Assembly: GCA_029939675.1 (NCBI GenBank)
Contig: JAOZSM010000004.1
Span: 1 to 34,395 of the forward strand
Direction of reading: 5' to 3'
Source of the DNA: Fidelibacterota bacterium
Lineage (GTDB): Bacteria > Fidelibacterota > UBA8477 > JABMPR01
DNA: 34,395 nt
The notes under the pieces were generated by a model. It was not told the DNA's origin, made no database searches, and worked only from the letters and a program-made list of their open reading frames with translations. Each line of letters begins with the position of its first letter. Position 1 is the stretch's first letter. The translations under genes were made by a program, and so were the position numbers. Below, one piece after another: positions 1 to 8,029 of the stretch.

Positions 1-952
1 GAAAATCAGGATTATTATTACTATTATACTTAAAGCCATCATCAAGCAGGTGACACTTGATGCCTTGTTTGGAATTGAGCTTCATTGCGATCTGAGCTTG
101 GACTCGAGATGGATAAACAATAAAATAATCATTAAATTCAACTGCGGAAAGTGCATCTGTTTCAGTTATCAAATCTTCATGTATCTTCTCACCAGCTCGA
201 ATACCAACTACTTCTATTTTAGCATTTGGAGAAACCGCCCGTGCAACATCACTTATTTTATAGGAAGAAATCTTTGGAACAAAAAGTTCTTGTCCTTTCA
301 TTTGGTGAAGACTGTCCAAAGAAAATTTGACACCTTCATCCAGAGTAATATTGAAACGGGTCATGCGTAGATCAGTAACAGGGAGAGAGCCTTCGTTAAT
401 TTTAGATATAAAAAAGGGGATAACCGAACCACGACTGCCCATTACGTTGCCATATCGCACTACAGCAAAGCGAGTATCTTTGTAGCCTGCATAATTATTT
501 GCGGCTATAAATAGTTTATCGGATGCAAGCTTAGTTGCTCCATATAAGTTTATGGGAGCTGCTGCCTTATCAGTACTCAGGGCCAGTACTTTCTTCACAT
601 TGGCAGCAAGAGCAGCATCAATAATATTTTGCGCACCCATAATATTGGTCTTAATTGCTTCAAAGGGATTACGTTCACAAGCAGGGACTTGCTTCATCGC
701 TGCAGCATGAACAACAATGTCAACCTTAGCTCGAAGTGCCAGATGAACCCGATCTCGGTCCCGTACATCGCCAATGAAAAAATGGAGGCGTTTATCCACG
801 ATTTCATTCCGCATCTCAAATTGTTTGAGTTCATCCCGACTAAAAATGATAATTCGTTTTACATCATGGTTGGCAAGCACTTCCCGAGTAAAGTGTTTCC
901 CAAAAGAACCTGTACCACCAGTAATCAAAACCGTTTTGCCGTCTAGTTCCAA
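1..952 (-). CDS. pseB: UDP-N-acetylglucosamine 4,6-dehydratase (inverting), PseB/FlaA1 type; 3' end runs off the left edge
   Basis: Not in the ORF track (no ATG start, no stop in window). My minus-strand translation is open from 952 down to 2: (M)ELDGKTVLITGGTGSFGKHF..FSRDELKQFEM..FFIGDVRDRDR..VHAAAMKQVP..NPFEAIKTNIMGAQN..LSTDKAAAPINLYGATKLASDKLF..VVRYGNVMGSRGSVIPFF..TDLRMTRFNITLDEGV..ELFVPKISSYKISD..GIRAGEKIHE..FKYNSNNNPDF. The Rossmann TGGTGSFG motif and the short soluble Polysacc_synt_2 layout match PseB/FlaA1 over the whole length. An in-frame TAA lies at 1004-1006. Start candidates are TTG at 950-952 or CTG at 986-988. Confidence 0.85.
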   Translation of the reverse strand, partial: MELDGKTVLITGGTGSFGKHFTREVLANHDVKRIIIFSRDELKQFEMRNEIVDKRLHFFIGDVRDRDRVHLALRAKVDIVVHAAAMKQVPACERNPFEAIKTNIMGAQNIIDAALAANVKKVLALSTDKAAAPINLYGATKLASDKLFIAANNYAGYKDTRFAVVRYGNVMGSRGSVIPFFISKINEGSLPVTDLRMTRFNITLDEGVKFSLDSLHQMKGQELFVPKISSYKISDVARAVSPNAKIEVVGIRAGEKIHEDLITETDALSAVEFNDYFIVYPSRVQAQIAMKLNSKQGIKCHLLDDGFKYNSNNNPDF

Positions 953-1153
953 AATACCATCCTGACTGTTTAAATTGTAGCCATCCAGGCTACTTTTTGA
1001 ACTTTATGGTTTCTCTACAATTTTAACCATTTTTATTGAATTTCCTAAGGATGGAGAGGCACAATTTTTTACCAGCTTTCCGGTAATTGAAACCTGCTCA
1101 AAATCCATCTTCCTGAAAATCTATAATACTTAATTGGGGAACAAGCCAACCGC

Positions 1154-2329
1154 TCATGATCGTGCACCACCCAACATTCTGACAAACCGCATCAAGCCAC
1201 TTCCTCGAGGAGGTTTCGGGGTAGCATCCTGCTGATTGGAACCCAGATACTGGTGGGTCAATTGGCGATAATTTGATGCCAATTCAGAATTCGGGTGTTT
1301 CAACCCGATGATCTCACGCTTGGCATAGGTATCGGTGAGTAAAGCCCGATCAGAGATAACTGATCCCAGAAATTCTGGATTAAGCTTGAAGATCGAGTTT
1401 TGATTCACATGCTCATCAATGGTTTTGCTTAAGGACTGATAAAGGCTGGTCCCATGTCTCTGGTTATTAACCTGATTCAGGATAAACCATGGTGCATAAA
1501 TGAATTCTCCAACTTCTTCAGCAGAATCTTTCGAAATTTTACTGTTGATCTCAATAAAGCGCATGAAAGCAGCCTTGGCAGCGGCATAGCCTGAAATGAT
1601 GTCGTTGGGTGTGGTAACGATACATGAGTCATCAGCCATTAATGCAAAATCGATGACATGGCGCGTAATCCCAGCCCCCAGATCGAAAAGTATGATATCA
1701 TATTGGAAAGCAATCTTTTGGATATAACGGAAGAAACGCTGTTTTTGCGACCAGGTCATATTGGCCAATTTGAATTCACCACACTCACCTGGAATGAAAT
1801 GGAATCCGTAGTCGGTTCTGACTACAAGCTCCTCCAACTCTTTCTCCTTGTTGAAAAAATCATACAAGGTGTGCTCAGGAAATAGTTTGAGTTTGTTGGA
1901 TACGTCAGCATTTCCAAGATCCAGATCAAAAAGCAGGGTTTTCAAACCCACACGGGCAAATTGGTGAGCAAGTTCGATGGAAACCGTTGTTTTGCCCACT
2001 CCGCCCTTATTGGAGATCACAGACAAAATATTGCCTCGGGGAGCCACTTGATTGGGCTTCTCCGATACCAGCATACGGTGGTATATACCCTGTTTGATCA
2101 ACTTGAGCTCATGTTTTAGACGCTCTGTTTTGATTGAATAGAACAAGGTGTCATAACCCGTAGTAACCTGTCCCACATTGCGAATAAACTCATGATGGTT
2201 GGTTGCATTCTCGGTGTGGGCTGTGATTAGCTTGTTGTTCTCCACAGTAATGGGCAAAAATTCATGGTGCTCCAAATGAATTGGATTAAATTTTTTAATC
2301 AGCTCACTATCAATAGTCAGTTCACGCAT
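1154..2329 (-). CDS. MinD/ParA-family P-loop ATPase with an ~100-aa N-terminal extension (T2SSE_N-like) and a C-terminal amphipathic helix
   Basis: 391-aa ORF. Deviant Walker A with signature lysine: VISNKGGVGKTTVSIEL. MinD-type switch region LLFDLDLGNADV and Walker B-like IILFDLGAG. The N-terminal 100 aa (DSELIKKFNPIHLEHHEFLPITVENNKLITAHTE..GYDTLFYSIKTERLKHEL) resembles the second half of the GspE/T2SSE N-terminal domain. The C-terminus GLMRFVRMLGG resembles the E. coli MinD membrane-targeting helix GFLKRLFGG. Confidence 0.8.
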   Translation of the reverse strand: MRELTIDSELIKKFNPIHLEHHEFLPITVENNKLITAHTENATNHHEFIRNVGQVTTGYDTLFYSIKTERLKHELKLIKQGIYHRMLVSEKPNQVAPRGNILSVISNKGGVGKTTVSIELAHQFARVGLKTLLFDLDLGNADVSNKLKLFPEHTLYDFFNKEKELEELVVRTDYGFHFIPGECGEFKLANMTWSQKQRFFRYIQKIAFQYDIILFDLGAGITRHVIDFALMADDSCIVTTPNDIISGYAAAKAAFMRFIEINSKISKDSAEEVGEFIYAPWFILNQVNNQRHGTSLYQSLSKTIDEHVNQNSIFKLNPEFLGSVISDRALLTDTYAKREIIGLKHPNSELASNYRQLTHQYLGSNQQDATPKPPRGSGLMRFVRMLGGARS

Positions 2330-2337
2330 TACGGATA

Positions 2338-2589
2338 CTATTCTTCCAAACCGTTATATTTCTTAACATTTTTCAAGCTCTGTAAAACATTGCCCAGCTG
2401 TGCCGTACTCGCTGTAGCTGCACGATTTTGAGCCTGAATCTTTTCGTAAATTTCATTCCGGTAGACTGCCACATTCTTTGGGGCATCAATACCTATTTTT
2501 AAGTATCTGGATGAACTTTCCAGTATGGAAATAACGATATTATTCCCAATACGAATACTTTCTCCAGACTTCCTTGTCAATATGAGCAT
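2338..2589 (-). CDS. csrA: Carbon storage regulator CsrA (FliW-partnered type with C-terminal extension)
   Basis: 83 aa. [43 protein letters not shown] is the canonical CsrA core. It sits immediately downstream of fliW. Confidence 0.95.
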   Translation of the reverse strand: MLILTRKSGESIRIGNNIVISILESSSRYLKIGIDAPKNVAVYRNEIYEKIQAQNRAATASTAQLGNVLQSLKNVKKYNGLEE

Positions 2590-2613
2590 ACCGTCCCTGG
2601 TCCTTTTTTCACA

Positions 2614-3078
2614 TTATGCAAGTTCGTTATTGAGTGGATGCTCTACCGATAAACTGGCATTATCCAAAATTACCTGATTTGCTGCTCCTGATTCCGGATT
2701 GAATACAATGGGAGCCTTAATATTTGCAGTAAATTCCTGGGTTCCTTGATTGACCTTCAAGATCACAAATTGTTCTGAATCTGCTGTTTTGTCCACACCA
2801 AGAATCTGCAGTTCTCTGGGAGGAAGATCGATGTCCTTCCAGATCGCCAGCAGTTTTGCATCGATAACCAGCATTGAGATATCCGGTTCTTTCACCGAAC
2901 GTAAGGCACAAAACGGTGCATAGCCTTCAAGTTCTGCGAGAATAAATTCATGCAGATGTTCGAAACCCGGCAGGCCATTTATCAGATCGATACTCTTGAA
3001 TGTCATCACCGGAATCCCACCAAAGGCATTGATGTTTTCAAGGGGTTCAGTTGAGGTGTGTTGTGCTTCCATGTTCAT
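2614..3078 (-). CDS. fliW: Flagellar assembly factor FliW
   Basis: 154 aa. Has the GLPGFEHLHEF motif and C-terminal TANIKAPIVFNPESGAANQVIL typical of FliW. ATGA overlap with the flgL stop. Carries an N-terminal ~14-aa extension; an alternative start exists at 3072. Confidence 0.9.
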   Translation of the reverse strand: MNMEAQHTSTEPLENINAFGGIPVMTFKSIDLINGLPGFEHLHEFILAELEGYAPFCALRSVKEPDISMLVIDAKLLAIWKDIDLPPRELQILGVDKTADSEQFVILKVNQGTQEFTANIKAPIVFNPESGAANQVILDNASLSVEHPLNNELA

Positions 3079-3956
3079 CTAACAAAATCCATAATATTTA
3101 ATTGTAATGCTTTTGATGTAATCTGTAAAGCTGCCTGATAGGCCATTTCTGCTCCATTATATTCCATGATCACTTCGGCCAGATCAGCATCTTCTGTTTC
3201 AGAGAGAAACGACATAATATTGGTCTTCGCTGTTTCCAGTCTGGTGGCAGTCATAGTCATATTGCTTTTCACAAGTCCGTTTTGGGCATCCAAACCCAAA
3301 ATATTATCAGATGCTGATTGCAGATCTTCAAGCAGACTGGCAGCACCTTCATCATCATTTACAGCCAAAACTTCACGAAGTTCTATCAGAACATCAAAAA
3401 CTCCTGAATCCATCAGGTCTGATCCAGTAACATTAATCTCAACATCAAGACCTTCTGATATACGCCGGTTCATTTTTCCATCGTTTCCAGTATAGGTAAT
3501 GGTAGAGCCATCGTACTCAAAAGGCTCCATATTCTGGGTGTCAGTTCCTGAAAAGATTGACTTTCCAAGATAAGTACTATTCATAATGGAGACTGTTTGC
3601 TCAATTAAACCATCTACGCGATCAGATAACACCTTCCGGGTTTCTTCTGATTGAGATGCATCTGATCCCTGGATAGCAATTGAGCGTGCATCCACTACTA
3701 ATGCATGGAATTCATTCATGACCAGGGCATTATTATCCACCCAGCCAATTCCATTAGTGATGTTTCGCCCATACTGCTCATACTGGGTAAGCGTTTTACG
3801 ATAACGCGTAGCCCGGGCAAATTTTACAGGATCATCAGATGAGCTATCGATCTTTTTGCCGGTTGCAGCAGAATTCTGAAGTCTGGTCATGGTTTCTCGA
3901 TTCAGATTAAGATTCTGAATCAAGTTCCTTGACATGATCGATTGGGTAATTCTCAT
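3075..3956 (-). CDS. flgL: Flagellar hook-associated protein 3 FlgL
   Basis: 293 aa. N-terminus MRITQSIMSRNLIQNLNLNRETMTRLQNSAATGKKIDSSSDDPV and the flagellin-like C-terminal helix (YQAALQITSKALQLNIMDFVR). Located directly after flgK. Confidence 0.85.
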   Translation of the reverse strand: MRITQSIMSRNLIQNLNLNRETMTRLQNSAATGKKIDSSSDDPVKFARATRYRKTLTQYEQYGRNITNGIGWVDNNALVMNEFHALVVDARSIAIQGSDASQSEETRKVLSDRVDGLIEQTVSIMNSTYLGKSIFSGTDTQNMEPFEYDGSTITYTGNDGKMNRRISEGLDVEINVTGSDLMDSGVFDVLIELREVLAVNDDEGAASLLEDLQSASDNILGLDAQNGLVKSNMTMTATRLETAKTNIMSFLSETEDADLAEVIMEYNGAEMAYQAALQITSKALQLNIMDFVR

Positions 3957-3969
3957 TTTAGCTCCTCCA

Positions 3970-5325
3970 TCATATTAATGACAGCACAGATTGGATCATT
4001 TCATCAGCGACGGCTATCATCCTGCTGGCTGCTTGATAGGCTTGTTCATATTTTATTAAATTGCTCATTTCCTCATCAAGGGAAACACCTGAAATGGAAT
4101 CCCGATGATTTTGGAGCGAAGAAACAACCATTTCCTGGCTGGATCTCAAAAAACCGGATTCCTGTACTTTGCTACCGACCTCGCTGATCATAGAATTATA
4201 ATAATCAGAAAATTTAATTCCCTGGATCAGATAATCATTCTGGAGATCGCTGATTGTATTGGCAATATTCCCATTTCCAGCTTCATCAGGACCATCTGAT
4301 GTCGCAATTAACATGGGATCGTTAAGCACATCTATATTCAGTTTCATATTTGCAGCGGTAGTTACATTGGGATCAAAAAAGTCAATACCAGTCGCATTCG
4401 ACAGATTGTACCCTGACTGATGCACCTTATTCACTTCTTCGGAAATTGCAACGGCCAGAGCATCGATCTCATCGATATAGGATGGAATACTATCTTTTTG
4501 CGCTGCCAGCAAGCTGCCCATTGTCCCACCGGTAATGGCCGAACTCGACCCGCCTTCAGAGAAATTTACAATAACCGAATAATTTTCAACAAATTTTGGA
4601 ATGGTTACTTCTATCTCATTAATGAAATCACCATTTACCAGGGGAACCAGAATATTTCCTCCGGTGGTGATACTAACAACATGATCATTATTTTCGGTAA
4701 CTTTAATGTTTATGAGTTTTGAAAGCTTCGTTATGGCTGCTTCACGCGCATCAGCAAGATCATAAGTGTAGGATGCACCCATTGTTTCATTGATCGTTTT
4801 TATCTCGCTTAACAGATCATTTACTTCTTTTGCAGTATCCTGAACATCATCTGCCACTTCATGCTGCATATTGCCCAAATCGGTGGCAAGTTGATTAAAG
4901 GTATTAGTCAATAAGACACCCTTATCTTTAACAATTGCCCGAGCAGTGTTACTTTCTGGATCATTTGCCAGATCGTTCCACGAATTCCAGAATTCATTCA
5001 TCATGCTTGATAGACCAGCACTTGTTGGTTCATTAAACAAAGTCTCTACCTGGGAATACACCAGTTCATCTGTCTCATGACGACCTACAAATTGGTTCTT
5101 ATGCCATAATTGCCTTTGAATAAAACCTGATTCCAAACGATCAACATTCCCAGTTTCATTAAACGCAAGGCCACTGGTAGGAGAAATCAATGAACCTACA
5201 TCTGATCTTCTTCGGACATAGTCAGGATTGCCCACATTGGCGATATTTTTTGCTGTGGTCCCAATAGCCGACTGGTAGGCTGATAAAGCGATCCGGGATG
5301 CTCCCATTAAACTTGAAACTGACAT
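3970..5325 (-). CDS. flgK: Flagellar hook-associated protein 1 FlgK
   Basis: 451 aa. N-terminus SRIALSAYQSAIGTTAKNIANVGNPDYVRRR. C-terminus SGVSLDEEMSNLIKYEQAYQAASRMIAVADEMIQSVLSLI (axial-protein heptad termini). Confidence 0.9.
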   Translation of the reverse strand: MSVSSLMGASRIALSAYQSAIGTTAKNIANVGNPDYVRRRSDVGSLISPTSGLAFNETGNVDRLESGFIQRQLWHKNQFVGRHETDELVYSQVETLFNEPTSAGLSSMMNEFWNSWNDLANDPESNTARAIVKDKGVLLTNTFNQLATDLGNMQHEVADDVQDTAKEVNDLLSEIKTINETMGASYTYDLADAREAAITKLSKLINIKVTENNDHVVSITTGGNILVPLVNGDFINEIEVTIPKFVENYSVIVNFSEGGSSSAITGGTMGSLLAAQKDSIPSYIDEIDALAVAISEEVNKVHQSGYNLSNATGIDFFDPNVTTAANMKLNIDVLNDPMLIATSDGPDEAGNGNIANTISDLQNDYLIQGIKFSDYYNSMISEVGSKVQESGFLRSSQEMVVSSLQNHRDSISGVSLDEEMSNLIKYEQAYQAASRMIAVADEMIQSVLSLI

Positions 5326-5333
5326 CTAATCCC

Positions 5334-5858
5334 TCATATCTGGAAATCTACATTGGCCTGTCGGGTTCGGTCTGCTGCGACCTGTCCCTGTCCGCCATAG
5401 TGAATATCTTCATTTTCATCTTTACCTAAAAGAACCTGCACAAGCCCTCTCACTAATTCAACGGAGGAATTAAGGAGGAATTCATTCTCACGATTTGCGT
5501 GAGCAATTTGATCAAGACTAAAAATCAGATGTTCTCTGAACTCGATCAATTGTTGAGAATAGTGGGAGGGCGACAGATCGATCAATTCCTTTAATGAGGG
5601 TGTCTTACTCCTCAATTTTGATACTGCACCAATGGTTATGGTACGTAACTCCCTTGCCTTGGTTGCTGAGTGTATCTTGGGAATCAATCTCTGTTCTTCG
5701 TGAACAATTTCCTGCAGGGTTTCTACATCCCCGTTTATAATGCTGGATTGTTTAGCTTTTAAAAGTTTATCCAGATCCTGATATAATTGGACTTCAAAGG
5801 AAAGACACTTTATCAACTCCTGGTAAGCGCCATCCAGATGGGTTAACATTGTGGTCAT
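5334..5858 (-). CDS. FlgN-like flagellar export chaperone (assigned by position and helical character)
   Basis: 174 aa, all-helical, lying between the rod-binding protein and flgK, which is the classical flgN position. The N-terminal LIKCLSFEVQLYQDLDKLLKAKQSSIINGDVETLQEIV is similar to the FlgN family. No strict motif to verify. Confidence 0.5.
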   Translation of the reverse strand: MTTMLTHLDGAYQELIKCLSFEVQLYQDLDKLLKAKQSSIINGDVETLQEIVHEEQRLIPKIHSATKARELRTITIGAVSKLRSKTPSLKELIDLSPSHYSQQLIEFREHLIFSLDQIAHANRENEFLLNSSVELVRGLVQVLLGKDENEDIHYGGQGQVAADRTRQANVDFQI

Positions 5859-6259
5859 TCCGAGTCTCCTCCAAAGTCCATGTTCTGCATAATGTCCATT
5901 GATTGGAGATAACCATCAGTTCCAATTTCCGACAACTCAGGAGCACCATCCATTTTTTTTAATGATTCAAAGATCATTTTTGATAGTCCTATACCTCCCC
6001 CATTTGACATGGCATCTCCCAGAACAGAGCTAAACATCATAGTGGACAAAGAATTCTTTCCGCCGCCTATTCCTTCCGGGATGGTCTTTTCCATTGATTT
6101 GATCAACTGAGTTAAGAAAACAGCTTCCAGTTCATTACTCTTTTTGCGCAGTTGATCATTTCTTAATTCTTCTTTGTCGCCCATTTTGGACATGGGATCA
6201 GTTTGCGAATCGAGCTTGATCTGGTTTTCAATGGCTATCATGGGTGAGATCTTCATCAT
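5855..6259 (-). CDS. flgJ: Flagellar rod-binding protein (FlgJ N-terminal domain only; no hydrolase domain)
   Basis: 134 aa. NELEAVFLTQLIKSMEKT is the Rod-binding domain signature. The ORF ends well before any muramidase or peptidase domain could fit. Confidence 0.8.
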   Translation of the reverse strand: MMKISPMIAIENQIKLDSQTDPMSKMGDKEELRNDQLRKKSNELEAVFLTQLIKSMEKTIPEGIGGGKNSLSTMMFSSVLGDAMSNGGGIGLSKMIFESLKKMDGAPELSEIGTDGYLQSMDIMQNMDFGGDSE

Positions 6260-6265
6260 ACTTAC

Positions 6266-7408
6266 CTAGATAATGATTAGACGTGCATTTAAGGCACCAG
6301 CCTGTTTCAAGGCTTGAAATATTGAAATTACATCCCGAGGGCGCATACCCAGTTCATTCAATGCCGCAGCAAGATCACTGACCGAGGTAGTTTCCTTGAT
6401 CACTGCATTATTGACTTCACCCTCAAATGCTTTTGTTTCTGTTATATATTCAACTACAGTTTGACCTGCGTTGCTGAATGCGGCTACTGGCTGAGATATA
6501 ATGGGGGTCCGTTTAATGTGGATAGTCAACGACCCGTGTGATATCATGATCTCATTGATCCGAACATTACCTCCGGCAACCACAGTACCGGTTCTTTCAT
6601 TAATAACAACCCTGGCATCCACATCAGGTTGTACCGTGAGAATTTCCATATCGGCAATAAAGAATACAGCTTGATCCTGGGTGGATACAGTTGAAGGAAA
6701 AGAGACTTCCACAACACCAGCATTCAGGGGTCTGGCCAGAGTGGTAATCGTATTTCCGGCAATAGCGGCCAAGTCAGTGTTAATTTTCTCAGCAATTTTA
6801 CTAGCAGTTCCAAAATCTGGTTCACTCAACAACAAACGCACGGGTTGATCCAATTGAAATCCGGTATTTGCGGCAGCTTTATCCAAAACTCCACCATTGG
6901 GGACTCGACCTACCAGGGCATGATTCTTTTTCAGCTTTTCACCTGATTCTGTTTCCACATTATATCCGCCTACTGACAGGGAGCCCTGCGCCAAGCCAAA
7001 ATAGGTTCCATCAATCCCTCGCAGAGGTGTCATGAGTAGAACCCCACCTTCCAAACTGGTGGCATCCCCCAGGGAACTAACTGTCACATCAAATTGACTG
7101 CCCACGCGACCGTAGGCTGGTGTACTGCTGGTTACAATCACTGCAGCAACATTGCGGGTTCTCAGATAATCTTTGGGAACGGTTATCCCAAATCGTTCCA
7201 GCATATTACTAATGGTCTGCACTGTAAAAATAGCACCCCGATTGCCGGAAGATCTATCGCCAGTTCCACTCAAACCGATGACAAGTCCATAACCAATAAG
7301 GGCTTCCTGTTTCGCATTTTCAATAGAAGTGATATCTTTTAAACGAACTTCTGCAAATAGGCTGGTTGAAAAAAGGAGAACGGCTAGAAATGTGGTTAAG
7401 GCTTTCAT
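6266..7408 (-). CDS. flgI: Flagellar P-ring protein FlgI
   Basis: The ORF track gives 6266..7444. I prefer ATG 7408 (MKALTTFLAVLLFSTSLFA signal peptide) because it has the SD AGAGGA 6 nt upstream and removes the overlap with flgH. Body: LIGYGLVIGLSGTGD..VVINERTGTVV..DLAAALNELGMRPRDVISIFQALKQAGAL. Confidence 0.95.
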   Translation of the reverse strand: MKALTTFLAVLLFSTSLFAEVRLKDITSIENAKQEALIGYGLVIGLSGTGDRSSGNRGAIFTVQTISNMLERFGITVPKDYLRTRNVAAVIVTSSTPAYGRVGSQFDVTVSSLGDATSLEGGVLLMTPLRGIDGTYFGLAQGSLSVGGYNVETESGEKLKKNHALVGRVPNGGVLDKAAANTGFQLDQPVRLLLSEPDFGTASKIAEKINTDLAAIAGNTITTLARPLNAGVVEVSFPSTVSTQDQAVFFIADMEILTVQPDVDARVVINERTGTVVAGGNVRINEIMISHGSLTIHIKRTPIISQPVAAFSNAGQTVVEYITETKAFEGEVNNAVIKETTSVSDLAAALNELGMRPRDVISIFQALKQAGALNARLIII

Positions 7409-7418
7409 TATTAATCCT

Positions 7419-8024
7419 CTAAAGACTTGTTCCTGTGATGGCAAGACCCAATAGACCCAAGATTAATGTGGCAGCCACAGCCTTTGAAACTGTAGCTGGC
7501 GACGCCAGGGAATTGACAACCCCTGCCCGCCTGTAAACAATCTGAGCATCAGCAATGTTATAGGAATAAATTGTATTATCAGTTCGAATATCTCTGGCTC
7601 TTACCGTTCCTTCCAGCTTCATGATATTCTCTTCACCATTGACTTCCACAGAACGCTCTCCTTTGATCTTTAGAAGACCTCCGTCCGTTTTTTCAATGAT
7701 CGTGGCAGTAATCTTACCAGTCAAACGATCTTCCTGATCACTGTCATTAGAGTTATTGATATCACTCGATATCACGCTGGAAGCTCCAAAAACAGGCAGA
7801 AATTCAACAAAAGTACCAGCTAGACTACCATCTGCATTAACAGTAGCGTTAGATCTTGTTTTTGCGTTTGACTCCTGGCGGGCACTGGCATTTTCCATAA
7901 CCAGAACAGTGACAACATCTCCTACAGAGTGGGCTTTAATATCTGTGTATAAGGACATGCCTGACTGGGCAATCATTGAGCCGAAGAAACCACTTAGTAC
8001 CAGGATCGTTTTAACCAATTTCAT
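7419..8024 (-). CDS. flgH: Flagellar L-ring protein FlgH (no lipobox cysteine)
   Basis: 201 aa. SLYTDIKAHSVGDVVTVLVMENASA..RLTGKITATIIEKTDGGLLKIKGERSVEVNGEENIMKLEGTVRARDI is the FlgH core. The whole protein contains no Cys. Confidence 0.9.
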   Translation of the reverse strand: MKLVKTILVLSGFFGSMIAQSGMSLYTDIKAHSVGDVVTVLVMENASARQESNAKTRSNATVNADGSLAGTFVEFLPVFGASSVISSDINNSNDSDQEDRLTGKITATIIEKTDGGLLKIKGERSVEVNGEENIMKLEGTVRARDIRTDNTIYSYNIADAQIVYRRAGVVNSLASPATVSKAVAATLILGLLGLAITGTSL

Positions 8025-8029
8025 CGCAT

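Noticed and set aside
50-965. Plus-strand ORFs 50..370, 629..946 and 774..965 from the track
   Set aside because: They are antisense to an uninterrupted, highly recognisable PseB reading frame on the minus strand. Their translations are low-complexity or Cys/Phe-rich, have no family resemblance and have no SD.
2030-2329. c-di-GMP binding by the T2SSE_N-like N-terminus of the MinD-like ATPase
   Set aside because: The MshEN c-di-GMP motif (RLGxx(L/V/I)(L/V/I)xxG(L/V/I/F)..LxxxLxxQ) is not visible in MRELTIDSELIKKFNPIHLEHHEF... Only the distal half of the domain seems to be present, so ligand binding cannot be inferred.
7409-7444. 26-nt overlap between the flgH 3' end and the flgI ORF as listed in the track
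   Set aside because: The overlap is an artefact of taking the first ATG. The internal ATG at 7408 has a proper SD and begins the signal peptide, leaving a 10-nt intergenic spacer.
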